A DNA stretch of 64,000 nucleotides. It comes from Octopus vulgaris (lineage: Eukaryota). Below, in pieces: positions 61,687 through 64,000 of this stretch. The stretch is from the NCBI GenBank assembly GCA_951406725.2, contig OX597840.1, forward strand, positions 27,838,001 to 27,902,000. The letters are read 5' to 3'. The notes under the pieces are model-generated. The model did not search any database and was not told the DNA's origin. It worked only from the letters and a program-made list of their open reading frames with translations. The position numbers were made by a program, and so were the translations under genes. Positions within the stretch are counted from its first letter, which is position 1; every line of letters starts with the position of its first letter.

Positions 61687-61950
61687 CATTATCATCATCA
61701 TCATCATTATCATTATTATAATTATTATTATTATTATTATTATTTTATTTTATTTTTTTTATTTTTTGTCAATTCCTTTCGGCAGGTTTGAAATAAATGG
61801 GGGACGAAATAATGATTAATAAAGGGACTGTTCGATCCTGGGGCTCGTTTCGGAATATCCTTCCTATGACAGCAGCAGCAGCAGAAGAAGAAGAAGAAGA
61901 AGAAGAAGAAGAAGAAGAAGAAGAAGAAGAAGAAGAAGAAGAAGAAGAAG

Positions 61951-61981
<31 letters not shown>

Positions 61982-62639
61982 TAAAAATTTCATAACCACG
62001 AGTTTAAAAACTGTATCGTAACTGTTTGAAATTCATTTTAGACTTTCGAATATACGCTGCGTAGGACATAAATATTGATTGGTTATTTAATCAAGACCAG
62101 CCAATTAATTATATTTTATGTAAATTAGAAAATAGCCATAATAGATAAAATCTAGTTTCTGATTGGTATTAATAGAAATTTGATATGCGTTGTATTTGTG
62201 ACAGAGAATGAATAAGATGTTTGCCTTTTGATACGGGGTTGGCGGCGGTCGTCAACGAACCGCGAAATATGTCAGAATTATCTGCTTGGCTTTTCTGCAT
62301 ATCAACAAAAGACCAAGATGTTTAAGTACATTAAATTTACATTAGGGGTTACATTAGGGGTTTTCTAATACATGTGTTACATATATGAATACATACACAC
62401 GCGCATACACACATCCTCGCGGCTCTGTCGTTTACTTGTTGTGGTCATTAGACCGCGGCCATGCTGGAGCACCGCATCGAAGAATATTTAGTTGAACGAA
62501 TCGACCCAAGTTTTATTCTTGTTTGAGCCTAGTACTTTTATTGGACTCCTTTGCCGAAGTGCTAAGTTACGGGGACGTTAAACCACCAACTGCTGTTGCC
62601 AAGTGGTGGTAGGATACAAACGCAGGCACAAACACACAC

Positions 62640-62691
<52 letters not shown>

Positions 62692-62760
62692 GGAGTTAAA
62701 CGCAGGTGTTATTCAAATTCTTTTACTTCCGACACACTGGTATTATTCCAAAGGAGCTGT

Positions 62761-63048
62761 GGAGGCGCAATGGCCCAGTGGTTAGGGCAGCGGACTCGCG
62801 GTCATAGGATCGCGGTTTCGATTCCCAGACCGGGCGTTGTGAGTGTTTATTGAGCGAAAACACCTAAACCTGTATTTCAAAGGGCCGGCCTTGTCTCTCT
62901 CTGTGTCACGCTGAATATCCCCGAGAACTACGTTAAGGGTACACGTGTCTGTGGAGTGCTCAGCCACTTACACGATAATTTCACGAGCAAGCTGTTCCGT
63001 TGATCGGATCAACCGGAACCATCATCGTCGTAACCGACGGAGTGCTTC
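62761..63048 (+). mobile_element. SINE A with an internal deletion and a 10-bp TSD
   Basis: ATTCCAAAGG at 62745-62754 and 63052-63061. Confidence 0.9.
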
Positions 63049-63254
63049 CCCATTCCAAAGGGATAAAATGGTGTAAAACAATGTAATCTTCTCTTCATAG
63101 AAATGAAGAAATAAAACTCGCCAATAAGACATTTTAACAGAAAATGATGGACGTTACATCCTGTAACTTTTTTCTAAAAAACAAACTTAATAGCGTTCAG
63201 TTAATCACTATGCATATGCATCATTTTCTGTTCAAATGTCTTATTGACGAGTTA

Positions 63255-63445
63255 AAAACTGATAAAAACTGGTGGGGACACAAACCACCTCCAGTGCTTG
63301 AAAATGACCACATCTTACTCCTCTGGAACTTCACCATTCAAACTGACAGAAAAATAGATGCGAATAGGCCAGACATCATATTGAAAGACTTCAGACAAAA
63401 ATCATGCCTCCTCATTGATATGACCGTCCCAATCGATATAAACGT
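63255..63445 (+). mobile_element. R4/Dong-clade LINE fragment, restriction-like endonuclease region
   Basis: WWGHKPPPVLEND..LLWNFTIQTDRKIDANRPDII..D....CLLIDMTVP.D.NV contains the PD...D motif. Confidence 0.85.
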
Positions 63446-63883
63446 ACCTGCCTCAGTAACAATCATGGCCATTACAGCTGTTCAGCCTCATCACCAGAGT
63501 TCATAGAACTTAGGCTTTTACAAAAAATAGTAGAAAATATGAGGCTTATCAATATAACAGTTAACAGCTTCGTAGAGGTGCACCGTTCTCTTAAAATACT
63601 CTACTGACGTTCCTATTGGATTCGGCAATATAGAACTCTACTGTAAAATCGTAGCTGAAAATATTTTGTTATTTGGTAAATACAGCTGACGTAGCAATTT
63701 CCCAAAACTTCCACTAATATCAATTAAGGCTTCATTTAAATTAAACCAGAAAAAAAAATATATACAATTCACATTAATGATATTTCATAATTATTTCTCG
63801 ACATGATGCTAAAGAAACAGACGTTTCCTAGATAACAACATACTGTATGTATATGCGTATGTATATTTGTGTATGTGTGTGCA

Positions 63884-63938
<55 letters not shown>

Positions 63939-63949
63939 GTGTGTGTGTA

Positions 63950-63987
<38 letters not shown>

Positions 63988-64000
63988 TGTATGTGTTGTA

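Noticed and set aside
62341-62362. Telomere-like TTAGGGG pair
   Set aside because: Only two imperfect units; a small local duplication.

Overview
This is AT-rich eukaryotic non-coding DNA, probably intronic or intergenic. The microsatellite load and SINE families point to an Octopus/coleoid cephalopod (inference). No intact host gene could be supported; almost all listed ORFs are translations of microsatellites. The window is a mosaic of simple repeats, three Pol III SINE families (here called A, B and C, often nested or tandemly multimerised), non-autonomous Helitrons and a Helentron-like element, mariner derivatives, and CR1 and R4/Dong LINE fragments. The main hidden signal is a set of type I hammerhead ribozyme motifs from several unrelated short elements, most in or near (TA)n tracts and two of them inside long fold-back inverted repeats. 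They include a near-textbook minimal hammerhead (58636-58678), a back-to-back double hammerhead palindrome (33440-33571), an A3-U8 covariant core (53715-53756) and a tRNA-headed SINE-like element ending in a hammerhead (42951-43310). Together these suggest a Penelope-like, retrozyme-type mobile RNA system. A 32-kb-distant inverted copy of a SINE plus its unique flank records a templated repair event. All alignments and folds were done by eye, and repeat boundaries are approximate.
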